From: Caecitellus pseudoparvulus
Lineage: Eukaryota > Protista > Bigyra: Bicosoecida
Direction of reading: 5' to 3'
Assembly (NCBI GenBank): GCA_965644315.1
Contig: CBFFRQ010000013.1
Span: 62,001-126,000, forward strand
DNA length: 64,000 bases
Shown: positions 21,752-33,552 of the stretch, in pieces
Numbering within the stretch: the stretch's first letter is position 1
Layout of the letters: each line of letters begins with the position of its first letter
Program-made: the position numbers and the translations under genes
The notes under the pieces: generated by a model
What the model was told of the DNA's origin: nothing
The model's input: the letters and a program-made list of their open reading frames with translations, nothing else
Databases searched by the model: none

Positions 21752-24700
21752 TCACTCGGCGGCAGAGGGCTTGGACGTCGCACGGCGACCTCGCACCCGC
21801 CCCAAGGCCTTGCTGCTGCGGAAGGTGGAGGCCCCCGATGCCAGGAGGGAGCTGGCGTTGGCGCCCGTCGCAATGCTGCCGCGGACCGCACCGGCCTCCT
21901 CCTCCTCCCCGCTGCTGCCTGGGGGGGACCGCGCCCCCGGCAGGGACACGACAGGCTTCCGGGCGGCAGGCAGCGGCCCCCCCCGCAGAGGGGACACGTA
22001 CACCGACGCGGACCGGGCGGTGGGAGGGGGGGGGCGGCCTCCACTCACGCGCACCTTGGCTCGGGGGCCCGCCGGGCGGCGGGTGGGCCCACCCTCCGCC
22101 TCCTCCTCGCCCTCCTCCTCCCCAGCCACCACGGCAGTGGGCGCAGAGGGGGCGGCGTCCGCGCCCCCGCCCTGTGGAGAGGCTGACATGGGCACAGGGG
22201 ACGTGCCACGCCCCTCCCCGCCTGACACGCCGCCGGCACTGCCAGTGCCGCGGCCAGCCCCGAAACCAGGGGAGGGCAGCGGGGAGCCGCCACTGGAGGT
22301 GGAGGCGGCCCCTCCCCCCCGAGGAGACGCCTGGGGGGACAGCGTGCTGGACCAGGACCGGCGCCCGACACCTCCTCCCCCCCCCGTGTCCACCTTGCCC
22401 TGGATCAGCTCGGAGAAGTCCGTCGGCAGCTCTGCCTGCTGCTCGTAGTCGTCGAACTGCTCCTCCTCCTCCTCCTCCCCGCTGCTGCTGTCAGAGTGCA
22501 CCCGCACACCGCCTGCCACGGCGCTCACACGCACCGTGGTGGAGGTGGGCAGGCCCAGGATGTCCACCTCCCCTGCATCGCCCGGCAACAGGCTGGGCGG
22601 TGGAGGGGGGCCGTACATGCCCGAGTTGGGCGTGGGCATGGACACGATGGCGTCTGCCGGCAGCCCGTGCACGAGGGTGGTGACATCGCCGCCCTCCGTG
22701 ACGACGTCACGCGGACCGCCCCCCTCCACGCTGTCGCTGGGCAGCGCCGCCCCCGCCTCCCGGAAGGCTGCGCGCAGGGCCACGGTGGCGGGCACGCTGT
22801 CCGTCCACAGGCCACTCCACAGGCTGGGCGGCGGCAGGGTCACCTTCACCTTGTCCGACCGTTTCCCGGCCGCGGCAGCCTCCCACACGCCGGGCCCGCC
22901 GTCCACGACCACGCTGGGCGGCACCGGTGCCTCGTCGTCACTGTCCCAATTCACCTGCTGCTGCGCCGGGTCGCCGGCCCCCGCCCCCCCCCCCGCCGCC
23001 TCTTCGGCCCCCTGTGCAGCCTCCGCGTTCAGCGCCGCGATGACCTGGCTGCGCACCTGGCGCTGGGTGAGCAGGGCACCCTGCAACTCGGCGTTGTTCC
23101 GAATGTTGCGCAGGGCGGTGCGTTTGCGCGCCAGCACCTCGTCCATGCGGCTCGTCACGGCGGCCTCTTCCACCGCCCCCCACGGCATCTTGCCGGTGTT
23201 GCCGCGGGCGGGGCGGGTGCTGGGCGCACCCATGGTCGTCACGCCGATGCCGCGGCTGGCAGTGGCTGCGAGTGACTCCTCCGGCCCCCCGGCGCCGCCT
23301 TTGGCCAGCCCTGCGCTCGCCCCTGTCACCTTCACCTCCAGCGGCGGCAGGGGGGGACCAGGCACCGCATGCCCGTACACCTCCAGCGCAAAGGGCGGCG
23401 CAAAGACGCCCTTCTTGTCCTTGTTGGCCTTGTCCACCGCCTGTCGAGTGAAGCGCAGGCCACTGCCCTCCACGAAGGCGGTGTGGAACCACAGGTGGCA
23501 CAGGTGCTTCTTGCCCGAGTCAGTCACGTGGTCGAACTCGAACCGCACGTTCCCCGCCACACGCGCGTCCAGCAGCGTCAAGTCGAAGTCCACAAACGGC
23601 TCCCGACCGCAGTACTTGCGGGGCGTGGCGCTGCCTAGAGAGTCTGCGATGAGGGCCGCTCGCGTTGCTGCGGCGTAGGCACTGGCTGCCGCCCGGCGCG
23701 CCTGCATGGGCGTCATGATGCGCCCCTTGTCGTGCTCCATCAAGTTCGCGCTGGCTGTGCCGAAGCGGTGGAAGCGCTTGCGGGGGTACTTGCTGCCGCC
23801 GGATCCCACCAGACCCCGCTGGGAGGCGGAGAGGTACCTCTGGGATGCCGGCAGGGCCTGCATGTCCCCCATGCCGTCCTCCTCCCCCGTGTCCACGACT
23901 GTGCCCTGGCTCAGCTCGCGGGGCGACCCCGCTCGTCGCTGCGACACCCCCCCTACAGGGACGGTGGGGTCCACCTCGTACGGCACCCACCCCGCGTTGG
24001 CCGCTGTACCGGCCAGCACCTCAGCGACGGGTTTGAAGGCGGGGGCAGCCAGCATGGCGCCCTTGCGCCCCCCCCCCACCACCCCCTCTTCATCTTCCAC
24101 GCCCTCACCCCCCACCAGCCCCGCTGACACGCCGCCCGTGGGCCGCGGTGCCGCCTCCTTCCCACTGCCGTAGCTCTGAGCACGCTGGCGCTGCAGCAGA
24201 GCGTCGTCCAGCTCGCCGTCCTCCGTCCACTGCCGCTCCTGCGCCTCCTGCGCCGCCGCCACCGCCGTGGCTTCCGCTTCGCTGAGGGCTTCAAAGGCGC
24301 GCTGGGCGGCCCGGGCAGCGGCGGCACGCTCCGCCTCCGCCACCTCCCCCGCCTTGGCCAGGGCCTTCTTGTAGTCGAACACCAACTCGTTGTCCACGTA
24401 CAGGCGGAAGGTGGGGGTGCAGCCGCCGCCCACCTCGGCAGTCGGCACCGTCACCATGCGGATGTGTGTCAGGCGCAGTGTCGGCACGTAGGGGGGTGGG
24501 CCGTACCGCAACAAGTGCTCGTAGTAGTGCACATACCGCATCTGGGAGGGGATGGTGACGCCCTTGCCGTTGGAGGTGCGCATGCGGCCGAACCACGTCA
24601 GGGCCTCCTCTGTCGTGGCGCAGAAGCCACAGTGCAAGAGGTAGGCAGCCAGCAGGCACCCCGTGCGGCCCTTGCCGGCCTTGCAGTGCACCGCCACGAC

Positions 24701-25372
24701 GTTGGAGGCGTCTGCCGCCAACCAGGAATCCACGGCGTCACAAAACCGCCCGATGAGGTCCAGGGGCGGCGGGTTGTGGTCGTCGAAGGGCATGCGCAGG
24801 CAGTTGCCGTCGAAGTAGGCCGGGTCATACGCTCGCTCCGAGCACAGGTTGATGATGAGGTACTTGCCCCGCCCGTGCATGGTCTGGAAGAACCGCTGCA
24901 CTTCTGGCATGGGGTTGCGGAAGAGCCCTTCAGACCCCGTGGAGGGGAACCCCATCGCAATCACCTGCGACGGGCGGCAGGGGTGGAGGCTGCTTGCCCA
25001 GTGTCGCGGCGACGCTCTGCACGCCGCCTCGCCCACTCACATTGGGCAGGATGTACGTCAAGTCCAAGTCAAAGCCCGCGAGTTTGAATCTGGAGCAAGC
25101 GTTGGGCCGTGATTGCTTGCGCATTGCTGCAGGCTCTGTCGCGCTGCGTGCCTTAACGTGCGCAGGCGGCTGCCGGCACACACCTGCGCTTCTTCTTGGA
25201 CACGAGCGCCCGCACTCCGCGCATGACGTCCAGCGTGCGGTACGCTCCGCCGGCTGTGCAGGAGGTAAGGGAGGGGGTGAGCAAGCTGGCGCGCATGGAG
25301 GGTGGGGCAGGCGTGCAGCCTGCGCGCCGCCGCACCTGCCGCCGTGCTCTGTGCCCTGCCCTTGCCGCTCAT
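21752..25372 (-). CDS. PTEN: PTEN-like phosphoinositide 3-phosphatase with split C2 domain and long disordered tail
   Basis: VSKKKRRF, FDLDLTYI, IAMGFPS, FDDHNPP, catalytic HCKAGKGRTG, VTIPSQMRYVHYY. C2 elements LWFHTAFV and DKANKDK. Confidence 0.9.
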
Positions 25373-25802
25373 GCTGGTGGCCTGGCGCCGGCGCAATATT
25401 CGTCAAGAGTGTGAGTGCAGGGGAGCAGGCCAGGCAAGGGGGAGCCCTTAGCACTTGGAAAAGCCGTAAGGTCACCAGGGAGCCTCCGTGCGCGCAGTCG
25501 CTCATTCAGACAGCGCCCTGCCGATTGGAAAGTGTTGGCGTGTGTGCAAGACGGCCGGAGTGGCCAACGCCCCTCCGTGGTTCCAGCCGCTGCGCTGCAC
25601 GAGGGACCCTGCGCGCCAATCGAGCTTGCAAACTGCTGCACAGAAGTCGTGTGCGTGGGACTGTGATACTTTGGGGGACATAAGCTGCCTTGCAGGGAGT
25701 ACGGCGCAGAACAAAGTGGCGCCTGCCAGGCACCCAAATCCAATCAGTGCTTTGCTGCGAAGTTCTGCACAGCTCTCATTTTTCTCAAGCACTTATGTGC
25801 AT

Positions 25803-27292
25803 TCACTCGAATTTGGTGTCACTTTGACTGTCCCCGCTCGACTGGATCCCGGAGGCACTTCGCCTCATGACATCCAGTGCCGCCCAGTACTCATCCACGA
25901 AGGCCCAGTGTGCCGCCTCAGAAAAGGCGCCCCGAAAGAAGTTGCAGGACAAGTTCACCTCCAGCAGGCACATGCCGTCGGGCGTGAGGGCGACGTCCCA
26001 CCCCGCCATGGGCACGTCAGGCAGCAGGGCGGCGTGGGCCCGGCACACCAGCTCCTGCATGGCTGGTGCCTCCTGGATGCGGCCGCCTGCCACGACGGCG
26101 CCGGAGTCGGGGTGGGCGACCTGGTCGTGGTGGCTGGTGAGGGGTGTGGTGAAGGGGGCACTGGGCCCCAGGGCGTACCAGTGGGCGTTGGTCGTGCCGC
26201 GACGGAGAGTGCCTGTGGCCAGGTCCACGTCAAACAGGACGGAGGAGTGGTCGGTAGCGGCACCAGCACGCCCCGCGCGCCAAACGCACGACAGGGCCGC
26301 GATGGCGGGCCGCGCTCGCTTGGCCCGGGCCAGGGCCTGCTCTTGGGAGTCACCCTCCCGGCGGGCCAGGTCGTGGATGGAGGCACGAGTCAGGCCGCCC
26401 CGTGATGCGGTGATGATGCGGAAGGTGGACAGGGGGGCGCTGGCCGGTAGGAGCTCGGCCAGGGGCGCTGCGTTGGCCAGGCGGCGCTGCAGGATCCACC
26501 GCCCACCGTGGGCAGCATTGTCAAAAATGTGGATGCCCATGCCGCCCTCTTCGTTTCTGTCCTTGGCCACCAGCGTCTCGGGCAGGTCTGTGGAGGGGGG
26601 GGGGCAGGTGTGTACGCCACAGCGCTCGTCTGCGGGCAGTCTGCACACGCACCGAGCCAGGGAGACACTGGCACCCCAGCTGCCTTGGCTGCGAGGAGGA
26701 AGTCCCACTTGTTTTCCATGGCGTACCCAGGCGCCTGCGTCAGGTGTGCGTGGGCGGACGCCAGGCGGCAGTTGAGGCGCCAGAGGCTGAACCAGTCCCG
26801 CGGGCGCAGCAATTGCTGGACAAATGCCCCCGCCACAGCCGTCGGGGCCGTCCACCGCGCCGTCACCAGCGCCGACAGCAGCGCCAGCAGAGGGTACCCC
26901 AACAGGAGGAAGACCAGTGCCGTGAGCCGTGACGTGGCCAGCCACGCGAGGGGCACGCCGGTGCCGGGCAGGGCCACGTTGCGCAGGTTCTTCAGCGAGT
27001 CACCCTGCCATGTCCCGCTGCGGTAGTGTGGCCGGTCCCACAAGTACAGCTCCAAGGCCAGGGAGTACACTTGAGCCCTGGCCGCCGTGTCGTGCTGGAA
27101 AACTGGGCAGCTTGCGTAGGCGCCGTCTGCCACGAGGAAGTGCCACAGTGCTGCGTAGTACGCTGCCAGCTGCCAAAGTGCATCAAGCATAGAGCATTGA
27201 CAAGCTTCCTGCTCGCCTGTGGTGGACTCTGGCTTGCCTGGCTGACGTGGCGTGTCGGCAGGCTCGGAGCATGCGGAAATCGCTTCGGCCAT
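25803..27292 (-). CDS. ATP-grasp fold protein (alpha-L-glutamate ligase-related / sugar-transfer-associated type), 2 exons
   Basis: ENKWDFL, KDRNEEGGMGIH, WILQRRL, LSTFRIIT and GWDVALTPDGMCLLEVNLSCNFF are typical ATP-grasp elements. Hydrophobic N-terminal segment. Confidence 0.75.
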
Positions 27293-27624
27293 GACGAACG
27301 AGGAGTGCTGCAGTTGGTTGCCTGCTTGACAAAGCAGAGGCAGCGGGGTACATTGGAAAGTGCCTGTGTGCACTTGCTCTGGGGATTTGTTTTGATCGTT
27401 TGCCTGCCAGAATGTGCTCAGCGAGCACGCACAAAAGGACATGCAGTGCCGAGCTGCTCTGCACAGCGCGGTGGGAGGCAAAACAAGGGCATCCAACATA
27501 AGCCAAGAAGCCCCCCTCCATTCCGACACGACTGACTCAATCCAGGCCGCCAAGTCCGCGCAGCCCCCGCGCTTGCAGGCAGCAAGGGTCGGAGCCAGGC
27601 TGTGGACCAGCCACTGCCTGCGTC

Positions 27625-29473
27625 ATGCCGACGTACGCTCTGCAGATCAAGGTCCCTCAGCGACTGAAGGGGTTTGTGAAGGATGAGACTGAGTGGGCGG
27701 TGCAGCAGGTGGGGGCCCCGTTGAGTGCCATCGTGCATCGGTGCGTGGTGCGGAAATTGGCCTGGCGCACCCCTTCACGGCGAGGCGCTCTGCTCGTGGT
27801 GCAGGCCCCCTGAACCCTTTGGGTACCACGACACATGCTTCGAAGTGGTCTTGCCGGACGACGCGACTGCTCTGCAGGTGCTGCAGCACAGCGTGTTGGT
27901 GCGCTTCGTGCATCGCGTGTGGGGTTCGGGGACAACCCTGGAGGAGGCTATGGCTGCGGCGGCTGGCGCTGGGCCAGGCTTGGCTGCGGCGCTGGCCAAG
28001 CCCCACAGTGTGAAGGTGGACGTCACCTGCACGCACCCAGATGCAGGCGCCAAGGCGGAGGTCGCGCAGAGGCTGCTGGAGGCGCTGCAGCCAGGCGGCC
28101 CTGTGAACGCTCGGCACCCTGAAACGCGCCTGGTGCTGCAGTTCTGCTCCACGCCCACCGCGGGCCTGGAGCGAGGGTGTGCGGCACAGGCATTCCTGGC
28201 CGCTGGTGCCTGCTCCCGTGTGCGGCTGTTGCAGGCGCTGGGCGAAAGCTCCATGCCTGCTCTGGAGCAGCGGTTGACTCTCAAGAAGCGGCCGTACCTG
28301 GGCCCCACATCTCTGGACCCACACCTGGCCATGCTCATGTGCAGCCTGGCAGGGCTGGTGGGGCGCAAGGCCCCCTGCATGGTGCTGGACCCGTTCTCCG
28401 GCACTGGCAGTCTGCTGGTGACGGCAGCGGCGTTTGGCAACTTCACGCTGGGCGCGGAAATTGACGTGCGCGTGCTGGTGGGCAAGGGCGGGCGCACGCT
28501 GCAGACGAACTTCGATTTCTACGGCATGGGGCAGGCAGAGCAGGTGCGAGGCGACAACAGCTCGCCCCCCTTCCGCCAGGTGCCCATGTGGGACGCCATC
28601 GTGACAGACCCCCCCTACAGCATTCGTGCAGCAGCACGCAAGAGCGGCTCCGCTGACCCCGTCACCGCCATCCCAGCCGCCATGCGAGACGGGCACATCC
28701 CCAAGACGCAGGTGTACCGCGCTGGTGCCGTGATGCAGGACCTGCTGGACATGGCGGCGCGGTGCCTGGTGCTGGGCGGCCGCCTGGCGTACCTGCTGCC
28801 CTCCACGGTGCACTACCGAGAGGAGGAGCTGCCCGTACACCCTTGCCTGACTCTGCGCGCCAACGCTGAGCAACAGCTGGGCCTGGTGCTCACGCGTCGG
28901 TGTGTGGTGATGGAGAAGACCGCCCCGTACGAGGCTGCCAGGGAGGGGGAGTATGCCCAGGCGGCGGCAGACGCGCAGGCGGCGGCGGCAGCTCTCGGCG
29001 TGGACTGTGACTCCATCGCCACCCGCATCGAAGCTGCCACACGCGCACAGCACGAAGCCGCCGCGAGCGGACAGGGCGCCGCAGTGCAAGGCCTGTCAGC
29101 GCGCCAGCTGGACGTGGTGCGCAAGCGAGCCGCCCGACGCCAGCGCAAGGTTGCCGCAGCTGCAGCACGGGGCAAGCGGGGACGGGCGGCAGCGCCTGCT
29201 GGGGCGGCGTCAGATGCGCCCCCCTCGCCGCCCCCCAAGCGCAGTGCCGCGGGAGCAGGGGGGGGGGATGCGGCGGACGCCCCTGCCCCCGCCAGAGGCC
29301 GGTCGGAGAAATACGACTCACACTTGCTGGACCCGGCGGCATTTGCAGACATGCAGCGTGCCGCCCGGCGCCGTGTGGCGGAGGCCAAGGCAGCCAATGG
29401 GGGTGTGTACCGCGCCTTCGGGGGGGGGCCACCCCCCCTGCGTGTGGACTTTTCGCCCTGGACACACAGCTGA
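27625..29473 (+). CDS. TRMT11: tRNA (guanine-10-N2)-methyltransferase Trm11
   Basis: LKKRPYLGPTSLDPHL, VLDPFSGTGSLL, GAEIDVR, DAIVTDPPYSIR, LVLGGRL. Confidence 0.9.
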
Positions 29474-29525
29474 ATGCATTGCCACGCTAGCACCAGGCGG
29501 CCTTGCGCGCGGACAAGGCACGATC

Positions 29526-30271
29526 TTAGATCAGGAGGGAGTGCGCCCCCCCCCCCGTCGTGCGGCGCAGGGTCTTGTTCACGCCGCCCCCGCCGCCCTT
29601 CCGTGGCCGCACCGAGTCAGCCTTGGCCACAACCGCCGGGTCCACCGTGTCCAGGTACCGCCGTGCGCTGTCCAGAGCCCGGGCGTTCAGAGCCGCCTCC
29701 CGTGGCGTCATGCCCAGCTCCCCCACCCTGGGCTCGGCCATCTGTGCCTCCAGCGCCCGCCGCTCACGCTGCACCATCTCACGCTTGTGGTCTGCCGCTG
29801 CCTGCTCCCGAGCAGCCAGGGATGCCGCCTCCGCCGCCGCCAGCTCCACTTCCCGCCGCACCTCAGCCTTGGCAGCGTCCGCCGCGGCCGCCTTCTCAGC
29901 CATCTGCGCTCGCAAACTGGCTGCCTGCTCAGCCTGGGCGGCACGACGGGCGGCGGCTTCACGGGCCTCGCGTGCCTCCAGTGCAGCCTCTCGCTCAGCG
30001 GCGAAGGCTGCCACCCGCTCCTCCTCTGCCGCCGCCGCCGCCGCCTGGCTCGCGTACGTGTCAGCCATGCTCTCCAGGGTGCTGTGCAACTTCCGCTCAC
30101 GGGCGGCCATGTCAGAGGCACGCGCCGCTGCCTGTTTGTCCAGCAGCTCGGCGTACTGCCGCATGAGGGCGCGATCAGCTTCCGCCTCCGCCTCCGCCTC
30201 AGCTGCCTTGGCCGCTCGCAGGGTCTCGTTCTGTGCCAGGAATGCCCGCAGCTGCTTCCGCTCGGCTTCAC

Positions 30272-30302
<31 letters not shown>

Positions 30303-31756
30303 GTCAGCGGCAGCCCCTTCCGCGACTTTCTGCCGCTCGTGCTCCACGAGGGCCTGGTGGGCCAGGCGCTTGCGCGTTCGCGCAGCTTCCGCTTGTGCCG
30401 CCCGCTCCGCCTGCTTGGCCTGCTGCCGTGCGCGACTGGCCACTTTCCGCCGCCGCGCAGAGGCCACTGCCGCTGCGTCGGCGGCCTTCAGCTCTTCCAG
30501 GTGCTGGCGCTCAGCTGCGGCCTCGGCGGCCTTGGCGGCAGCTCGCTCTGCGACCTGCGCTTCCAGCTCTGCCGTCGTCTTGGCGGCCGACGCAGCCGCC
30601 TTGCGTTTCGCCGCCATCTCCTGCTCGGCACTGCGTAGTTCACGGGCACGCATGATAGTCAGCCACTCACTGCCGCCCCCGGCGCCCTGCCTGCGCTGGG
30701 CCAGCTGCGACGCAGACATGAGGCGGCCGCCCACGAGCTTCTTGGGAGACACGTCACGGGCCAGGTCGGCGCTGTGTGCGCCGTACACCGAGTTCTGCGT
30801 GGAGGCGCCCAGGTCTGCCAGCAGAGTGCCGGTGCGCGCGCCTAGCAGGGCGGTGGTGCTGCCCAGGCCTGGACTAGGCAGGGCACCCCCCGCCCCACCC
30901 CCGCGTGGCGTGCTGCGCTCCACCGCCGGTTCAACTCTGAAGTCCAGCCCCTCCGCCCCACCACGGCTGCTGGCAGAGGGAGTGTGCATGCACCCACTGC
31001 CCCGAGCACTGCCCCGAGCACTGCCCCGAGCACTGCCCCGGGCGGACGTCGTGCCGGGCCGTGTCCACTGGACGCTTGCGTCGCCAGCGAGCTGTGCTCG
31101 CACCGCACGCTCCACGGCTTGCACTGCGTCGCGGTCGACACTGGGCGCGTCAGCCAGGACCTCTTCAATGCACGAGGCGATGATGGCCAAGGCTCGGTGG
31201 CGGGGTTGCACCTGCGTTGGACGCGCGTGGAGGCCGCATGTGTGCGCGCCTGGCGTCGCATGCGACACGTGCCGGGACGCACCTGCTTGCCGTACTTGGC
31301 GACGAGTTTCTTGTACAGGACGGCACGCAGGGCATCCTGCCTGCGTTTGGGCTTGGGTGCCGTGTAGTGGCCGGCGCCAAAGGTGGACTGCCGCAGCTTC
31401 AGGTCCCCACCGCCGCCTGACGGCCCGCTGCCGCGTGCGACCCCGCCCGACACCGACGGCAGCGCTGGCGTGCTGGCAGAGTGCCGAGGCAGCCCGCCAT
31501 GCCGACGCAGAGACGCTGACGAAGTGGATTGCCTCAAGGCCTTGACGCCTGTCTGCAGCTGTTGCCGCTGGCGGGCCGTGGCGGAGGCAGGGCGGTCTGC
31601 CGCGCGCACGGTGCGTGACCGGCTCAACCCGGCATGCAGCGCGGCTGTGTCCTGGGAAGCGCCCCCCGCCTCCACACGCAGGGTGGACCGCAGCTTGGAC
31701 ACGTCATCTGTGCCGTAGTGCTGCCGCATGTAGCGGCGCATGGAAGCGTTCATCAT
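29526..31756 (-). CDS. long coiled-coil (trichohyalin-plectin-homology-like) protein, probable flagellar protein
   Basis: About 250 aa of E/A/R/Q coiled coil, preceded by SEW and followed by MTPREAALNARAL. One intron after LVAKYGKQ. Confidence 0.6.
30995..31042. repeat. 12-bp tandem repeat (CACTGCCCCGAG), about 4 copies, encoding SARG repeats on the minus strand
   Basis: Three perfect units at 30995-31030 plus a near-perfect fourth. Confidence 0.85.
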
Positions 31757-31859
31757 CGCTGCGGGGAGCTGTGAGAAACGCCGGGCTTGCAACGTGGGTG
31801 GTGGGTTTTGGCAGCGCAGCAGCTCTGCGCGTCACCGCCCCCGGCGCCGGTGACTCGCG

Positions 31860-33269
31860 TCACTTGTGCGCCGGCACGGCAGTGGCAGCCTCCCACGGCG
31901 GCAAGATGAGTGCTTGCGCCACTTGTGCTGCCAGTTCCCGAGTTCGCTCAGGGCGTTTCGCAGCTGCTGCGACCAGCGCGGAGGCAGTGGCCTGCAACTG
32001 GCCTGGTGCGCTGCCACTGCCCAGCACTCCCTGCACCCACACTGGGTCCACACTGCACACCAGGCCATTCATGTCGTCATGCGCCTTCATGGCGTCTTCC
32101 TGCAGCAGCGCCAGCCCAGCTAGTGGCCGCTCCGACACAGCCCACGGGTCAAGGTCACGCTCCTGCACCAAGTCAGGGTGCGACGCAGGCACGCTGACGA
32201 CCTGTGTGGCATGGGCTGCCCGAGCAGCTAGCGCGCCCTGCACAGCCGAGGCGAAGTCCGCCACGGCCGAGCTGGGCGTCGCCTGCAACGCACCAGACAC
32301 AGCCCGGTGAGCTGAGCGGCTCAACACACACGCACGCAGCAGTGTCAGCGCAGCGGTCACGTCGGCCTCCGGAGCGTCTGCCTGTGCCGCAGTTTGCAAC
32401 GCCCACTGCAGGGTGCCGCTCAGGAGCAGGCAGTGCAGCAGGGGCTCTCGCGGCCACGTGTGGTGCAGCAGCGTGTGCCACACGCCACTGGCGGCCCACA
32501 AATGCCGCAGGCGGGTCAAGCACACCGCCAGCGTGTCCTGCACGGTGGGCGGGGCGTTCCTCCACAACACGCCCACGGAGGCCAGCATGCCGAGCAGGCC
32601 ACCCTTGAGCTGTGCCAGCGCAGCAGGCGGCTGCGCCATGCACGCCAGGGTGAGCAACCCGGCCAGCACTTCAGCCGCCGTGGCAGGTGCCGAGTCCACC
32701 GATGCCGTGAACATGGACGCCAGCAGCTCCCCACACCGGCAAGCCACAGGTTCAGGCTCGGCATACATGCCATCCAACAGGCCGTCCCGGATCATGGGCC
32801 AGAAGCCATTGCCCAGGACATCCCCCGGGGAGAAGCGTTTCAGCAGCGAAACTCCGCGTGCCCGGCACACCTTTGCAGCGGGCGTGCCGTGTGCTGCAGG
32901 GGCGGCAGCCGCAGCGGAAGACGGCTGCGGTCGAAAATCACCCCCCACAACGCCATACAGGCAGCGGGCAGCGACGGCCAGGTCTGCCATGGGCGGCAGC
33001 GGCGGCAAGTCCGAGAAGCTGATGACGCCGTCCGCCTCGGACGCACCACTGGCCTCCCACCAGTCATCCGCCGCCTTGCCACTGCCCTCGGCGGCGTCCC
33101 ACGCGTCGCTGGTGACCATGCCCCACAACACAGCCGGCTGCTTCACCTCGCCCAGCTCCGCCTCCACCCCCGCCACATACGCCTCGGCAGCTGCATTCGC
33201 GGCAGCCGGCGTGGCGGCCGGCGGCAGTGCGGGGCAGGCCAGCAGGCGGGAGCCTGCCTCGGCGGCCAT
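31860..33269 (-). CDS. helical-repeat protein, possibly related to the BROMI/TBC1D32 N-terminal domain
   Basis: Single ORF. Segment LLKRFSPGDVLGNGFWPMIRDGLLDGMYAEPEPVACRCGELLASMF resembles my recollection of the broad-minded domain. Confidence 0.45.
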   Translation of the reverse strand: MAAEAGSRLLACPALPPAATPAAANAAAEAYVAGVEAELGEVKQPAVLWGMVTSDAWDAAEGSGKAADDWWEASGASEADGVISFSDLPPLPPMADLAVAARCLYGVVGGDFRPQPSSAAAAAPAAHGTPAAKVCRARGVSLLKRFSPGDVLGNGFWPMIRDGLLDGMYAEPEPVACRCGELLASMFTASVDSAPATAAEVLAGLLTLACMAQPPAALAQLKGGLLGMLASVGVLWRNAPPTVQDTLAVCLTRLRHLWAASGVWHTLLHHTWPREPLLHCLLLSGTLQWALQTAAQADAPEADVTAALTLLRACVLSRSAHRAVSGALQATPSSAVADFASAVQGALAARAAHATQVVSVPASHPDLVQERDLDPWAVSERPLAGLALLQEDAMKAHDDMNGLVCSVDPVWVQGVLGSGSAPGQLQATASALVAAAAKRPERTRELAAQVAQALILPPWEAATAVPAHK

Positions 33270-33552
33270 GGCGGGCGACGGCACACCGCCAGCGTCATGC
33301 AAGCGGCGCCAGTGCTGCGTTGTCCCCTCTGCCTGTGCTTGGCGCGCGTGACATTTGCGCGGGGCGCGGCATTGCTCAGCTCCGGGACAGTGTGGCACAT
33401 GCGCCAAAAGAACCCACCCTGCACCGCCGCTGCCGCCTGCCGCACAAGCGAACGGCCACACTGTGAAGCGCTGTAGACTGTTGAACCTTCCGTGGTAGCG
33501 GCAGTGAGGTCTCCCCGCGCGCCTCCCGTGCGCTGCGCGTGGCAGCTGCAGC

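Noticed and set aside
30273-31042. Short repeats as a CRISPR array or mobile element
   Set aside because: (GCC)n and the 12-bp tandem have no spacers and simply encode poly-Ala and SARG repeats.
29560-31545. Long antisense ORFs (also 3059..4672, 6338..7534, 22536..23678 and others)
   Set aside because: Shadow ORFs expected from high GC and biased codon use opposite real genes. They have no motifs.
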